From contig NC_043007.1 of the NCBI RefSeq assembly GCF_006345805.1, positions 48,546,001 through 48,610,000 on the forward strand: 64,000 bases of DNA. The letters are read 5' to 3'. Positions within the stretch are counted from its first letter, which is position 1. Each line of letters begins with the position of its first letter. Both the position numbers and the translations under genes were made by a program. The notes beneath the pieces are model-generated. The model worked only from the letters and a program-made list of their open reading frames with translations, made no database searches and was not told the origin of the DNA. Positions 11,892-24,860 of the stretch are shown here, in pieces. Source of the DNA: Octopus sinensis (Eukaryota).

Positions 11892-14800
11892 ATACATACA
11901 TACATACACACACACACACATGTCTTTAAAAAGTGTCAGTGGTGTTTCATTGAAGAAAAATTTGTTTTCTTTCCTTTGAGTTGAGCAGAGACATAGAGGT
12001 TTAATAACTGGCTCATTATTATTATTGTTGATGGAGATAGTGATGACAAGAGATAGTATTATCAATGTAAACATTACCATTTTGCTGAATAATTACTACA
12101 GGTTAATTCCCATCAACTGTAGATTAAAATAGCAGGTATATCATATCTATTATAGAAGCTGAGTGTAAGAACTGTAACTTTGTAATTAGATCTGAGTCTG
12201 TAAAGAAACAGCTGTCTTTCTAACAAAATTTAACCACATCAGAGAATATTATTATCAATGCTTAAAATTTAGATTATCAGATAAATCTGGAATATAGCAT
12301 AAAAAAAAAAAGAATTGGCAAATATACTAGAACAATCAATATAGCAAAAATATTAAAAACAGAAAATGTTGCTGATGATGATTACCATGCGAAAACATAC
12401 AAAGAGGATAGCCACAGATTATTTCATCTTAGACAAGACAGTTTTACACCTACTTTAGTGAAACCAAATCAAAAGCCGGAGATATATATTAGGGTAAATT
12501 TTAAACAAACAGAAACAGGTTACGTTAATGGAAAATGAGAGAACATATTCAGTTTTATATGTCAGTAATAAAGCTGAATCTTTAGATTAATGCTGACATA
12601 TCATTTTCCCCAGATATTTACAAATATATCAAAGAACAGGGTGTGTTGACGTCACGTATCTTTGGTTATAATGAAACAGAAACTGTCGGAAGATGTAGCA
12701 TATAAGAACCTTTGAAACAAAGACTTCTAAAGAATGATTCAGATAAATACAGAACAGAGATTAGATTCTTCCCCCCCCCACCCCTTGTAGCAAACTGCAG
12801 AGAATATTTACAAGGTTAATACTTCTTCAGCAGCACTTAGTAATGGAGCCAATGAGAGTACTTTTAAAAGGTAGCTTGATCTGCTAGATATAGCAGCCAT
12901 ACCCAGCTTAAATAACACCCTACTACTTAGAAAAGAAAAGGTACATTGGATATAAAACTGATGAAAGTGGGGTCCAAAATTACAAAAAAGAAAAAAAATG
13001 TAATGACAATCTCAACAAGACAATAAGGGTAGATTTTCAGATTTTCCCAAAACCTAAAGTTAAGGATGTCAATATTGTAGATTTAAATACCTATTCTGTA
13101 GGTATTGTTGAATCACAAGAGCATGAGTACCAGCATCAAGAAGCACTACTGTTTGATCATCTCAAATCTGTATATATTTCCTATAAATCTAAGGCTTGAA
13201 GAATTGGACCCACTAGAAGTAGGTTAAGTTATCTTAATGTTTATAATTGCTGGAACCACATACTAGGGTTCCTGAAAGGAAACTAATTAAAAACAATATG
13301 ATGGGAACTTAACGAGAAGATCTACAGAATAAAGAATTACCATCATTATTGTTTCAACATGTTTTCTGGGTTTTTTTTTTTTTTAATCTATGTTGGAATA
13401 GGCTGGATAAGTCAACAATACATCAAGAATGTGTTCTCAGAATCACCATAACTATAACCAATCTGCTCTATTAGTGGTTAATGGTGACAGGACATCCAGC
13501 GATAGATTACAAGCCAACTCAAATTATTCTATTTAGTAGAACAATTCTGAAGACAAGATATGCTATTAGAAAATAATTGGTAGCATTTGAGCAATGAGTT
13601 ACAAGAGAATTTTACTGCAAGTCAACCTGATTAATTTGACTTATAATCAAAGACATTCCAACCATGACCATCTATCTTATATCCACTAGACAGTTTATTG
13701 CAGATTACATTCACCAATACCTCTGGCCATTTTGCTTATAGATAGTTGGGTGCAACTGAGGAACTTAGTTGCAATTCCTAGGTGGTTGAAGACTTCCTCA
13801 TAGGTCCATGTATAGCTTTACCAACTCAGTATTACTACGCAATTTTATATATATATATATACACACATATAGAATAGTATTTATTGCCACAATGTTCTAA
13901 CATTTGACATACATAATCTATGCATTAATACAATAGTACATTCTTACCTACCTACCTACCTACCTTTAATGTCATGCTAAGGGATTTAAGTCAAAGAAAA
14001 GAGAGAAAGCCAGAGAAAACTAAAAAGTGAAAATATAATACTAAATAATGATAGTGGTGGTGGTGATGAAAGCACTTCTTTCTTGTGTGTGATGGTGGTA
14101 GCAAAGGCATTGTTCAATGACAATTACTTGTAAAAAAAAGTGCATGTTTGAAATCATATGGTATTTTAAATTTCAGTTCACACACAATAAATGTATCATT
14201 CACCATCAATTCCTTTGTCATCGTTGTCATGCATTGTATGCTTTTTGCAGTACATTGATGACATCACGAAGAAAGTCTTCTCAGTTAAATAAAAGTTTTC
14301 CCACCAGATGAAGCCACAGTATTACTTTGTTCTGACTTTCTTACAGAGTTTTTTTTTTTTTTGGTAGAGATATCGGGATGGTTTGCCAATGCCTTCCTCA
14401 AATGGATGGTTGCTGGCTCACAAGGAGAACATCCATCCTTCAACAAGTTTTGTTTTTTTAATCCTGCTGGATGTCCAGATACCCTCCTCACAAGAGTAGC
14501 AAGCCACTCAAGTGTGTGAGCCAGTTTAGTCACTGACTACTCAACCATAGAACTAATACTGGTTTACATGGTACCAGTAACAGGTCTCATCAGCCTGTGA
14601 TGGGATCCCTAACTGGACTTAAGCAACTGCTTACTACGTATAAAACCCACTTTTACTACTATCTCCATTAAATAATACCCTACCAGTATTAATTACCACA
14701 ACAAACTATTTTAGTTCTCAGTGTATATACATCATCATCATTTAACATCTTTTTTTCTATGCTGTGCATGTGTGTGTATGTGTTGTTCATAAGAACCAGG

Positions 14801-17244
14801 CTGACAGACATAAACTAAAGGACTCAATACTTCAGTAAGTAAAATGTCTGTTGTGAGTTTAGAATCACTAAGAACTTAAACAAGAAATTAATTCTGTAAA
14901 CTAATCACCAAACTAAAATAAGCAATATTATCATCACCATCATTTCAAATCTGCCTTTCATGCTAGCATTGGAGGATGATTCAATAGGATTCAGGGTTCT
15001 GAAGAACATGTCTTTCTCTAGTGTCTCAGTCTAAAATACACATACATAAGGCACGCTGGCAGAAACACTGGCACATTACGCAAAAAATGTTTTGAGGTAT
15101 TTCTTCTGGTTCTTTTATGTTCTAAATTTAAAATTCCACTGAGGTCAACCTTGCCATTCATTCCTAAGCCAAAATTCAAAACCATACACACACACACACA
15201 CAATCCTCCATTTTCCAATGCTAATATGAGTTAAGTGTTTATATTACTAAGGTATTGTTTTACAGCCAGATACCTTTCATATTACTAACCTATACCTGTT
15301 TTACAAGTCATGGACTATATACACACATTATATATGTAAAGAAAAAATATAAGAACAAATTAACAGATTAGATTTTTAATAAAAACTATGTTAAATCAAT
15401 CTAAGCACTTATTTACAATCAGAATCACAATTATCACCAGTGGGGGCAACAACACTAACAGTTATCTATCTCAGATTTCCATAAACACCAAACAGAAATA
15501 TGATCTTTCACTTTGTAGGAGTACTTTGTGGTAGGTAGCTAAAACTAACTTTAAAGCACGGAAATAGCTGTTAATAAAGTAGATATATCTGATTTGAAAA
15601 AGAATTTCACGCTAATTCAGCTTGGTCGTTTGGCAAGTGATAGATATTTCTTTCCTGTTCTCTCAGGAAAAGTTTTCCTCTGAAATTAATTTCTGAATAT
15701 GTATAATCTTTCATGAAATGTTTTTATTTTATCATTTCATCATGACTTTTTGTAAACAATAACATTGTTGATAACAAGTTTCCGACAACATAACTAACTA
15801 CTGATTCACTCTGTCTCTGATTCAACTCAGGTGCAATAATAACACCAGGGTATTTTGGTTCCATCACATTGGTTTCCTTGCAGATGTGTACATTTTTCAC
15901 AAATATACACCACACATATACAACAGGATTCTGCAGAAGCTCCATCAACCAAATTTCTGTCTTGTGGAATTAACATGAGGTAAGAGCAGGAAACACTGCC
16001 CAGGGTACAACACAGTGAGATTGAACCTACAACTGCTTGTTTGTGAACCAGTCTCCTTAACCATACAGCTACATAATACATAATATACATACATACTATA
16101 CATACCAAACACACAAATATACATGAGGTAGTTTTATAGTGAAACAAAATGTCAAAGAAGTCCAAGACATTTTCAGCTTAATATACTCAACTAATTTAAT
16201 AGGATTATATAATTAATAAAGACATCCATTAGGAAAAGCCATGAATCTGATATAAATTGCAGGCATGTATTCTAGAGTATTCTAATATTTCTTTGTAATT
16301 AATCTCTGATTACCTTGCTGACTATCATCTAAACCACTCCTGCAACTATGACCTTTCCTCTCAGTTTTAGTTCAATTTGTAAAGGAAGTACTATTCACCA
16401 ATACATCCTCCATGAATACAGATATATGTGAGCCAATGAGAGAACCTTAATGCAATTCCTCAATACGCTAGAAATAACAGTCAAACCTTTGAGTTACCCC
16501 ACTCCATTGTCTGAAAAATGGAATACATTGGACATTGTAGTGCTACATATACATAGCAAGGTCAAATCTGAAATGCTTTTGGTCATATGTATCCTGAATT
16601 AAAGCTGACTTGGGATGCAACTTGGGAGAATGAGAAATAATAATAGTCTCATTCAACTATATTAAAACAGTCACTACCAGTTAATTAAAATGTAGAACAT
16701 ACAGTACCTTTAATGATCATGGGTTTATGTAAACCATTTTGCCATCCAATTTGTTTGGAGTTTACAAGAGTAAGTGTTCAATGACTGGATAATCACCACA
16801 TGAATTTTCCACATTAAAATATAATTGGGAGGGGGACTATTAGTTATATATTATGAGATAAAAAAAACTTTTTCAATATTCAATAACCTTAAAGATCAAC
16901 TCAGACATTTAAAAATTTACTGAATTATCTCCATTATAAGTAAAACATCTTCAAATTTGCTTGTAGGTAAAGAACTGCTGAAGCCTTGTATAAAAACTTT
17001 TCTACAAAATGTAGAAGCATGATTTCACCATGATTTCCTATGCTTAACACTATTTCATAAACAAAAGATTCAGATGCAAAAAATATAATTTCAACCAAAA
17101 ACAGCAGTTGATTCTATACTAAACCCCACTCCAAAATCATCTAACACTACAATACTGCTCAAACATACAAAGGGAACCACAAACACACACACAGATCAGC
17201 ATTTGAATAACGGTTTGATTATTAAGTAAAAATGCTTCACTCAC

Positions 17245-17351
17245 CAACACTGTCCTGCCGCCCCACCATGAGTTGTATAGTCCTTGTCTTTGACACTACT
17301 AGAGAAACAGTCTGATCCTTTGAGAGTTTGCTAACTGTATGCTGCCATTAC
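17245..17351 (-). other. Candidate spliced exon of an unidentified transcript
   Basis: Acceptor gtgttttattttgtgtttag| and donor |gtgagt around 107 bp of unique sequence; no frame is fully open from the acceptor. Confidence 0.35.
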
Positions 17352-18244
17352 CTAAACACAAAATAAAACACAAATGTAAATAAAAATATTTAAATGATAT
17401 TAAAATGATAGAATTCTAAGAACAATCAAAGACCTGAAATATTAGAGTTTGTTTATATTTCTGACAACGACAAAATATATTTTAAAATCCAGGAATACAA
17501 CATCTAAATTCTAAAACCAAAGGAAACTAACCAAGAATGGTAAAGTATGATTGCTTCTGTCAATTAGTTGCATTGGTTATTTCCACATTGTCAGAAGTGA
17601 GTGCCACCACTGAACTAAACAGTACTATTTGCATACAGGTGGCAGATTTAACAGATCGCATCCTTCTGTGCAAGACATTCGAAGTAAAATCTAGAATCTA
17701 TAAGAACCGGTGATGGTCTATGTCTGTAATAAATAATTTCATAGGAGAGAGTTTTAGGAAAGTGAATAAGTTTAAATGATGCGAGGAGTAAAACCTTTGG
17801 TGACTTTGGTTTTTTTTTTTTGTCTGAGAATGAAAAAGACAGAAATTGGTGATGTGATTTTTACTGAAAGCTTCTATCTCTCTTCGCTACAATCTGAAAT
17901 CTAACATTCTTCACTACTCACAGCAACTGAAATTATCCAAATCTTTTATGAACCTTCAGTTTAGTTCATTAAGGAACTCTTAAAAAGTTTCTTTAAATGA
18001 TTGACAATTTCTAAAGACTTGAAAAGACATCAACTCTTCCATCTGTGCATTACCAGAGAGCCAAATGTGTAGCTAACATACACTTTGAATAAAAATCATT
18101 CAAACCATGATAATTCATTCAAACCATGTCAGCTTGGAAAGTGGATGCAAAAAGATAATACTCTCATATACAGTCCTCGCATGATCATACTCTCATACAT
18201 AAGTATATTTATACATATCTATTATATATGTGTGTTTGTGTGTG

Positions 18245-18276
<32 letters not shown>

Positions 18277-18279
<3 letters not shown>

Positions 18280-18560
18280 GGAGAATTCACAAAAAAACCC
18301 AAAAGACACGTGGTGTAGACAACAAACAGATGTATTAGTATAACGCTCGGGAAGTGAAAAAGTCTTTAACATTTTGAGCCTACACTCTTCCACAAAAAGG
18401 AACACAGAAAGAAACAAGGATAGAAAATAAAGAATATGTAGTGGCTAGCGATCTATCATGGCGAAGGCCAGACAGAAGGGTCACACAGGAAAGCTAGGGA
18501 GAAGGGAAGATAACAAAGTGGTGGTGATCCCAAAACGAAGGTGCGCGTGCATGTGTATAA
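18277..18560 (-). mobile_element. Penelope-like terminal repeat (non-autonomous)
   Basis: Decayed gaagagcgtaggctcgaaacgtt-type motif; inverted homologue at 20365-20650. Confidence 0.6.
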
Positions 18561-19119
18561 GAGAGATTGTATGCGCATGTGGAATAGAGCTGGTGATCTT
18601 GACGTGTGCGTGTGTGTATGTGTAGGTGTGAATATGTGGGGATGGGAAGTGGTCAGTGCTGATGTGTGCATGGTCATGTGTTGTGTTGTGTGGTATGGTG
18701 GTGTAAGATGTAGTGGTGTGTGGTGTGGTGTGATGGTGTTGGGAGGTGGGGGAGGCAGGAGTGGGGAAAGCAAGGGTGGGGTGTGTCTGGGGAGAGTCAT
18801 TCTCTTTTAGTGCCTTATTATTTAACACACTTGCTGGATAAGTTTCCACTCATTTACTTATTTTTGTTGCGCCTTGCAACCTTTTTTGGTAGTCATTGAC
18901 TGTCAGTTATCCAAGCAGCTTGGATAACAGAAAATTTTAGGAAAATAAATAAGTAAATGAATGGAAACTTTACTGGTGAGTGTGTTAAATAATAAGGCAC
19001 TAAAAAAGAATGACTCTCCCCAGACACAACAAAATATGCTTCAGCACATGAATTCACATAAAGAATTTTGCAAACCAAATCCAAAAACGAAGTATATATA
19101 TATATGATTAATTAAAAAA

Positions 19120-19330
19120 AAAAACAAGGAAAGACAAGAAAAAACAACAACGCAAGGACATAGTACATGCAAAGTATTAATGAGACACTCAGGGAAGGAA
19201 AGAAAGAGTGGTTGTTTTACGTTTCAAGAAAAGCTCTTCTTTGGTAACAGGAAACATAGGAAAGTCCAAATGGAAAGGAAAAGGAGGAAAAAAAAAATGA
19301 CCAGAAGTAGATGGACAAAAAGAAAGTCCT
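19120..19330 (-). mobile_element. Penelope-like terminal repeat
   Basis: acactcagggaagg...acgtttcaag...gctcttc, the same architecture as the 52.2 and 52.8 kb copies. Confidence 0.55.
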
Positions 19331-20109
19331 TTCTGGGATGGGGGAGTGTGAAGAATGATTGGTATCTGTGTGCATGTATGTGAGTGTGTGTGTGTGTCTG
19401 GTGGCATGTGTGTGTGTGTGATAGAGTGTGTGTGTGTGGCAGTAACAGAGTGTGTGATGGCATATGGTGGTGGTATACATTATATATAAAATATATATAT
19501 ATATATATACATGTATATAATATATATACACACACATATATATATACAGAATATGTGGGTTTAGTTCACTGGTGATCTAAATGAATATGTACACTGGGTT
19601 AGTGCTGTAATGGATTATCATGGTTACAAGCTCATTACTGAGACGGGAACTACAGATCCATGAAAGAGGACCACAAACACCGTACATACATATGTATATA
19701 CACCGTACATACATATGTATATACAATTATAAACAAGGCAAAACAAAAAAGATTTCTATGCCAATATGCTGAGAATAGACTTTAAATCATCAATCACCAC
19801 ATACAATATACATTCACTATGAATACACGCCATGCTGAAATTGAGGAAGGCAAGCTAACAGAATCTTTTTTTTTAAATACTTTATCTATTGAATCCATTT
19901 CGGGATTAATCTCACAGATTTTCCCTCTACAGTAGAGAATACAATAAGAAATAAATGAAATACTTACAAGCACTCATGGAAAAAAGCAGAAGCAATTGTT
20001 TATAATTATCACCTTTAAAGGTATTTTAATATGCTAGCCACTTTGATGAATTTTTTGGGGAAAAAATTTTATCCTTTATTAGAAGTATATATGTATATAT
20101 ATATATATT

Positions 20110-20138
<29 letters not shown>

Positions 20139-20140
<2 letters not shown>

Positions 20141-20299
20141 ACATAAGGGGGATTAGCCATCTGAATGTAGCTAGGGACAGGGCGGGGTGGTGGGGGTGTT
20201 ACTGATGCATTTAGCCCCAGGGGCTAAATGCATCAGTAACACCCCCACCACCCCGCCCTGTCCCTAGCCACATTCAGATGGCTGATCCCCCTTATGTTA
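20139..20299. repeat. Near-perfect 161-bp palindrome
   Basis: 80-bp arms around a single A (20219), 2 mismatches. Confidence 0.95.
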
Positions 20300-20364
20300 G
20301 AGAGCAGTTACTGTTTATATCTCGCTCGGAGATTTATTATTGTTATATATATATATATATATAC

Positions 20365-20650
20365 AAATGCACCTTCGTTTGAGGATCACCACTACTTTTT
20401 TATTTCTCCTTCTTCCTAGCTCCCTGTCTGACCACTTCTGTCTGGCATTCGCCATGATTAATTGCTAGCCACTAAACCTTTTTTTTTATTTTCTCTCTCA
20501 GCTTATTTCTGTATTCCTTTCTGTTGAAGAGTATAGGCTCAAAACGTAAAAGACTTTCTCACTTCCCATGTGTTAAAGTAATACATCTGTTTGCTGTTTA
20601 CACACCTGTCTTTGTCTTTTGTTTTGTTTTGTTTTTTTGTAAATTCCAAC
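20365..20650 (+). mobile_element. Penelope-like terminal repeat
   Basis: ctgttgaagagtataggctcaaaacgtaaaagac; inverted homologue of 18277-18560. Confidence 0.6.
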
Positions 20651-20662
20651 TATATATATATA

Positions 20663-22135
20663 TCATCATCATTGTTTAACGTCCGCTTTTTATGCTAGCA
20701 TGGGTTGGACGGTTCAACTGGGGTCTGGCGAGCCCGAAGGCTGCACCAGGCCAGTCAGATCTGGCAGTGTTTCTACAGCTGGATGCCCTTCCTAATGCCA
20801 ACCACTCCGAGAGTGTAGTGGGTGATTTTATGTGCCACCGACACAGGTGCCAGATGAGGCTGGCAGACGGCTACGCTCGGATGGTGTTTTTTATGTGCCA
20901 CCGACACAGGTGCAGACGAGGCTGGCAGACGGCCACGCTCGGATGGTGTTTTTTATGTGCCACCGACACAGGTGCCAGACGAGGCTGGCAGACAGCCACG
21001 CTCAGATGGTGTTTTTTATGTGCCACCGACACAGGTGCCAGACGAGGCTGGCGAACGGCCATGATCGGATGGTGTTTGTTACGTGCCCACAGCACGGAGG
21101 CCAGTCGATGCGGTACTGGCTACGGCCACGTTCGGATGGATTTCTTATGTGCCACCGGCACTGGTACCACAAAGATACAAATTCCATTGATGTTCATCTA
21201 TTTTGATTTGGTTTGATTTGATTTGATTTGATTTGATTTTCACTTGCCTCAACAGGTCTTCACAAGTGTCACAGGAAGGAAGGTATGCACTGGTGGACTG
21301 ACTACGTCCCAAGTAGGGGCCACAGGTTATGGCTTCACTAGTCTTGCCGGGTCTTCTCACGCACAGCATACTTCCATAGGTCTCGGTCTCTAGTCATTTC
21401 CATGGTGAGACCTAACGTTCAAAGGTCGTGCTTCACCACCTCGTCCCAGGTTTTCCTGCATCTGCCTCTTCCACGGGTTCCCTCAACTGCTAGGGATTGG
21501 CACTTTCTCACACACCTATCTTCATCCATTCTCGCCACATGACCATACCAGCGCAATCGTCTCTCTTGCACACCACAACTGATGCTTCTTAGGTACAACA
21601 TTTCTCTCAAGGTACTAATGCTCTGTCGAGTAAGTACACTGACATTACACATCCATCGGAGCATACTGGCTTCATTCCTCATGAGTTTACGCATGTCCTC
21701 AGCAGTCACAGCCCATGTTTCACTGCCATGTAGCATGGCAGTTCGTACACATGCATCATACAGTCTGCCTTTTACTCTGAGCGAGAGGCCTTTAGTCACC
21801 AGCAGAGGTAAGAGCTCCCTAAACTTTGCCCAGGCTATTCTTATTCTAGCAGTTACACTTTCAGCGCACCCACCCCACTACTGACTTGGTCACCTAGATA
21901 ACGGAAGCTATCAACTACTTCTAGTTTTTCCCCCTGGAAAGTGACGGAAGTTGTTTTCTGCAGATTTTCGGAGGTCAATGCTCCCGAGCATCTGCCACAT
22001 ACAAAAACTATCTCCCAGTTAGCCTACCTTTGACATTGCTGCACCTCTTATGTGTCCATAGCTTACACTGGGTACATCTTATAGAGTTTCTACCTACACC
22101 TTTTCTACAGATCGAGCAGGGCCATCTTCCTGAAG
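20663..22135 (-). mobile_element. 5'-truncated RTE LINE
   Basis: KGRLYDACVRTAMLHGSETWA...RRLRWYGHVARMDED...GRGRCRKTWDEVV RT C-terminus, long 3' UTR, (GAT)n tail; (TA)n on both sides. Confidence 0.92.
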
Positions 22136-22137
22136 AC

Positions 22138-22175
<38 letters not shown>

Positions 22176-22781
22176 ACATAAACAGGAAATGAGTTGCCAC
22201 ATCAAACTAGCAGCTGAATGTTGCCACTAGTTTAACCCCAAGCAGATTCTCTGCCAGCTGGTTTTCAGTGCAATGTTCTGCATCCTTTATATACAATATA
22301 TTGCTAGCAGGGGAAGCAAACCCCTACTGACCTCCATCAGGAAACAGGATCACAGGACTGATCCAGTTTTGAGCTAGTTGGCTCTTCTTGGATTTAATAG
22401 TGAGGAAGTCAAAATTAAATATTAGATATTCAAGCAGCCAAGTCATTTAATGTTTTTAGTCTTGGTTTAAATAATTGCGAGTGGAAGAATGAATATATAA
22501 ATACCTAAATAATAATAATAAAAACTAAGATAAAAAATTCTAAGTATATTTTAAACATCTTTTTCTTTATTTCTATTTTCCTTTAAATTTTACATACTGA
22601 AGAGTACAAATTCAACCTTTACGATGTCCATATGAAAATGTTGGTCCTTTTGTATGAAACAATTGTCTGGGAATATGAAATATAAGGATAATCCATTTTA
22701 GCATTCATTCTGTTTTATTTCATTTATTTGATGAAATTTATTGAACTTCATTTAATAAATTAAGTCTTATACTAATTATTT

Positions 22782-22826
<45 letters not shown>

Positions 22827-23299
22827 TACACACATGTGTATATATATTTATATATATACACATCACACATACACACTTATATATCAATGTGACTAGTGAA
22901 ATAGTAATGGCTGAAACCCAAAGAAAACTTTGAAATTTCACCAATTTCACTGGATATAAATATTTGGGTTATGGATGATCTATACTTCTGGATACAGATC
23001 TAACTCTGGCCACTAAAACAGAATATGAAGCATTATGTTGTAGCCAAGTTTTTCAGTCATCAATGTCATCTTTGAGAGAGTGCAATGAAGAATCGATGGA
23101 GATCCAAGTTCACATTAAGGGCCAATAAAATAACCAAGCCAACTAAATGAAGGTTGATAGCTATTCTTTCTAGTCCTTATAGATATATGCACATACACAC
23201 ACATGTGTGTATATATAGTTTATACACTTCCCCTATTCTGCTTACCTCGACAATCTTAACGCTGGAATATTTCCAAAGGGTTGTCGGAGCTAACTCTAA

Positions 23300-23315
23300 A
23301 ACTAGAATAATCTGA

Positions 23316-23349
<34 letters not shown>

Positions 23350-23475
23350 GGAAGGAGAAAAAGAAGGAAGGAGAGAAAGAAGGAAGGGGAGAGAAGGAAG
23401 GGGAGAGAGAAGAAGGGGAGAGAGAAGGAAGGGGAGAGAGAGAGGGAAGGAGGAAGGGAGGGAGAGTGCAAGATG
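23300..23475. repeat. (GA)n / GGAAG polypurine tract
   Basis: Directly visible. Confidence 0.9.
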
Positions 23476-23885
23476 AAGAGCAACTGAGGAGAGAGAAAGA
23501 AGGAAAATGTGAAAGAGTAAGAAGAGTAAAGAAGAAATTACTGCTGCTGAAACAATCCCAGAGTGAATAATGCTATTTCCATTAATCAAAAGATTGTTTC
23601 TACAGATTTAAATATAAAAAAAATATTGGAACAAAGCTAAAAAAATAAATTAGGAAACGTGTGTGTGTGTGTGTGTGTGTGCATATGGGTATCTGCACAC
23701 ACACACACACACACAGAATAGTTATATAAGTATTTTGTAGTTATATCAAGATATATTTATGTGCAAAGTGATTAACAAGAGGGTTCAATAAAAGGATATA
23801 TTATTGTTCTAAATGTGAAATGAATCACATTTAGAGCAATAATATATACATGCAACGATATATAAATATAGCTAGTAATAATGGC

Positions 23886-24082
23886 TTCAAAATTTAGCAC
23901 AAGGCCAGCAATTTCGAGGAGTGGCTAAGTCAATTACATTAGCCCCAGTATTCAAATGGTTCTTATTTTACCAACCCTGAAAGGATAAGACAAAATTAAT
24001 GTCAATAGAATTTGAACTCAGATGGATGAAATGCCACTAAGCATTTTACCCAGCATGCTAATGATTCTGCCAGCTCACCACC
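23886..24082 (-). mobile_element. SINE family C variant
   Basis: gcacaaggccagcaattt...gaatttgaactcaga...cccagcatgctaatgattctgccagctcacc. Confidence 0.65.
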
Positions 24083-24349
24083 TTAATATAACTAATAATA
24101 ATAACAATAATATATATATTCATTCATTTCATTTTAATGTCCACTTTTCTATGCTTGCATGGGTCACACAGAATTTATTGACACAGATTTTCTATGGCTG
24201 GATGCCCTTCCTGTCAAGAATACTCACCTGTTTCCAAGCAAGGTAATATTTTCCCATGACCAGACGTTCTCGCAGTACATTGAAAATTAATGTCAGTGCT
24301 TATATGACAGTGACAATTGTTTAGAACTACTCAGAATGTCAAGACAAGG

Positions 24350-24558
24350 AGACACGAACATGCAAACACTCCACATATATACATATATTGTACATACAAC
24401 AGGCTTCTTTTAGTTTCTGTCAACCAAATCCACTCATAAGGATTCGGTCAGTCTGCAGCTATGGTAGAAAACACTTGCCCATGGTGCCATGCAGTGGGGA
24501 CTGAACCTACAACCATACGATTAGGAAGAAAACTTCCTACCACACAGTCACATCTGCA
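24350..24558 (-). mobile_element. CORE-type SINE (family A), 5' half
   Basis: aaacacttgcccatggtgccatgcagtggggactgaacc. Confidence 0.75.
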
Positions 24559-24828
24559 CATATATGTGTGCGCATGTGCACAAAAGTTGTGACTACCAGT
24601 GGTGTTCTGTCACTTCTGTCAACAAATTTTCTGCTCACATCATGCCTTTGAAGTAATAGATCCTTTACTTGAGAAACAGGTAAGAGTTAGTAGCAGGAAG
24701 GACATCCAGCTGTAGAACAATGTTTCATTAAGATATTCATCTAACTCATACTAGCATGGAAAACAGATGTAAAACAAACAGAAATATATGCATGCACAAA
24801 CACACACACATGTATGTATATATGTATG

Positions 24829-24860
<32 letters not shown>

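Noticed and set aside
20692-21216. 174-aa repetitive ORF, or a CRISPR-like array
   Set aside because: A tandem repeat in an RTE 3' UTR with no unique spacers; eukaryotic DNA.
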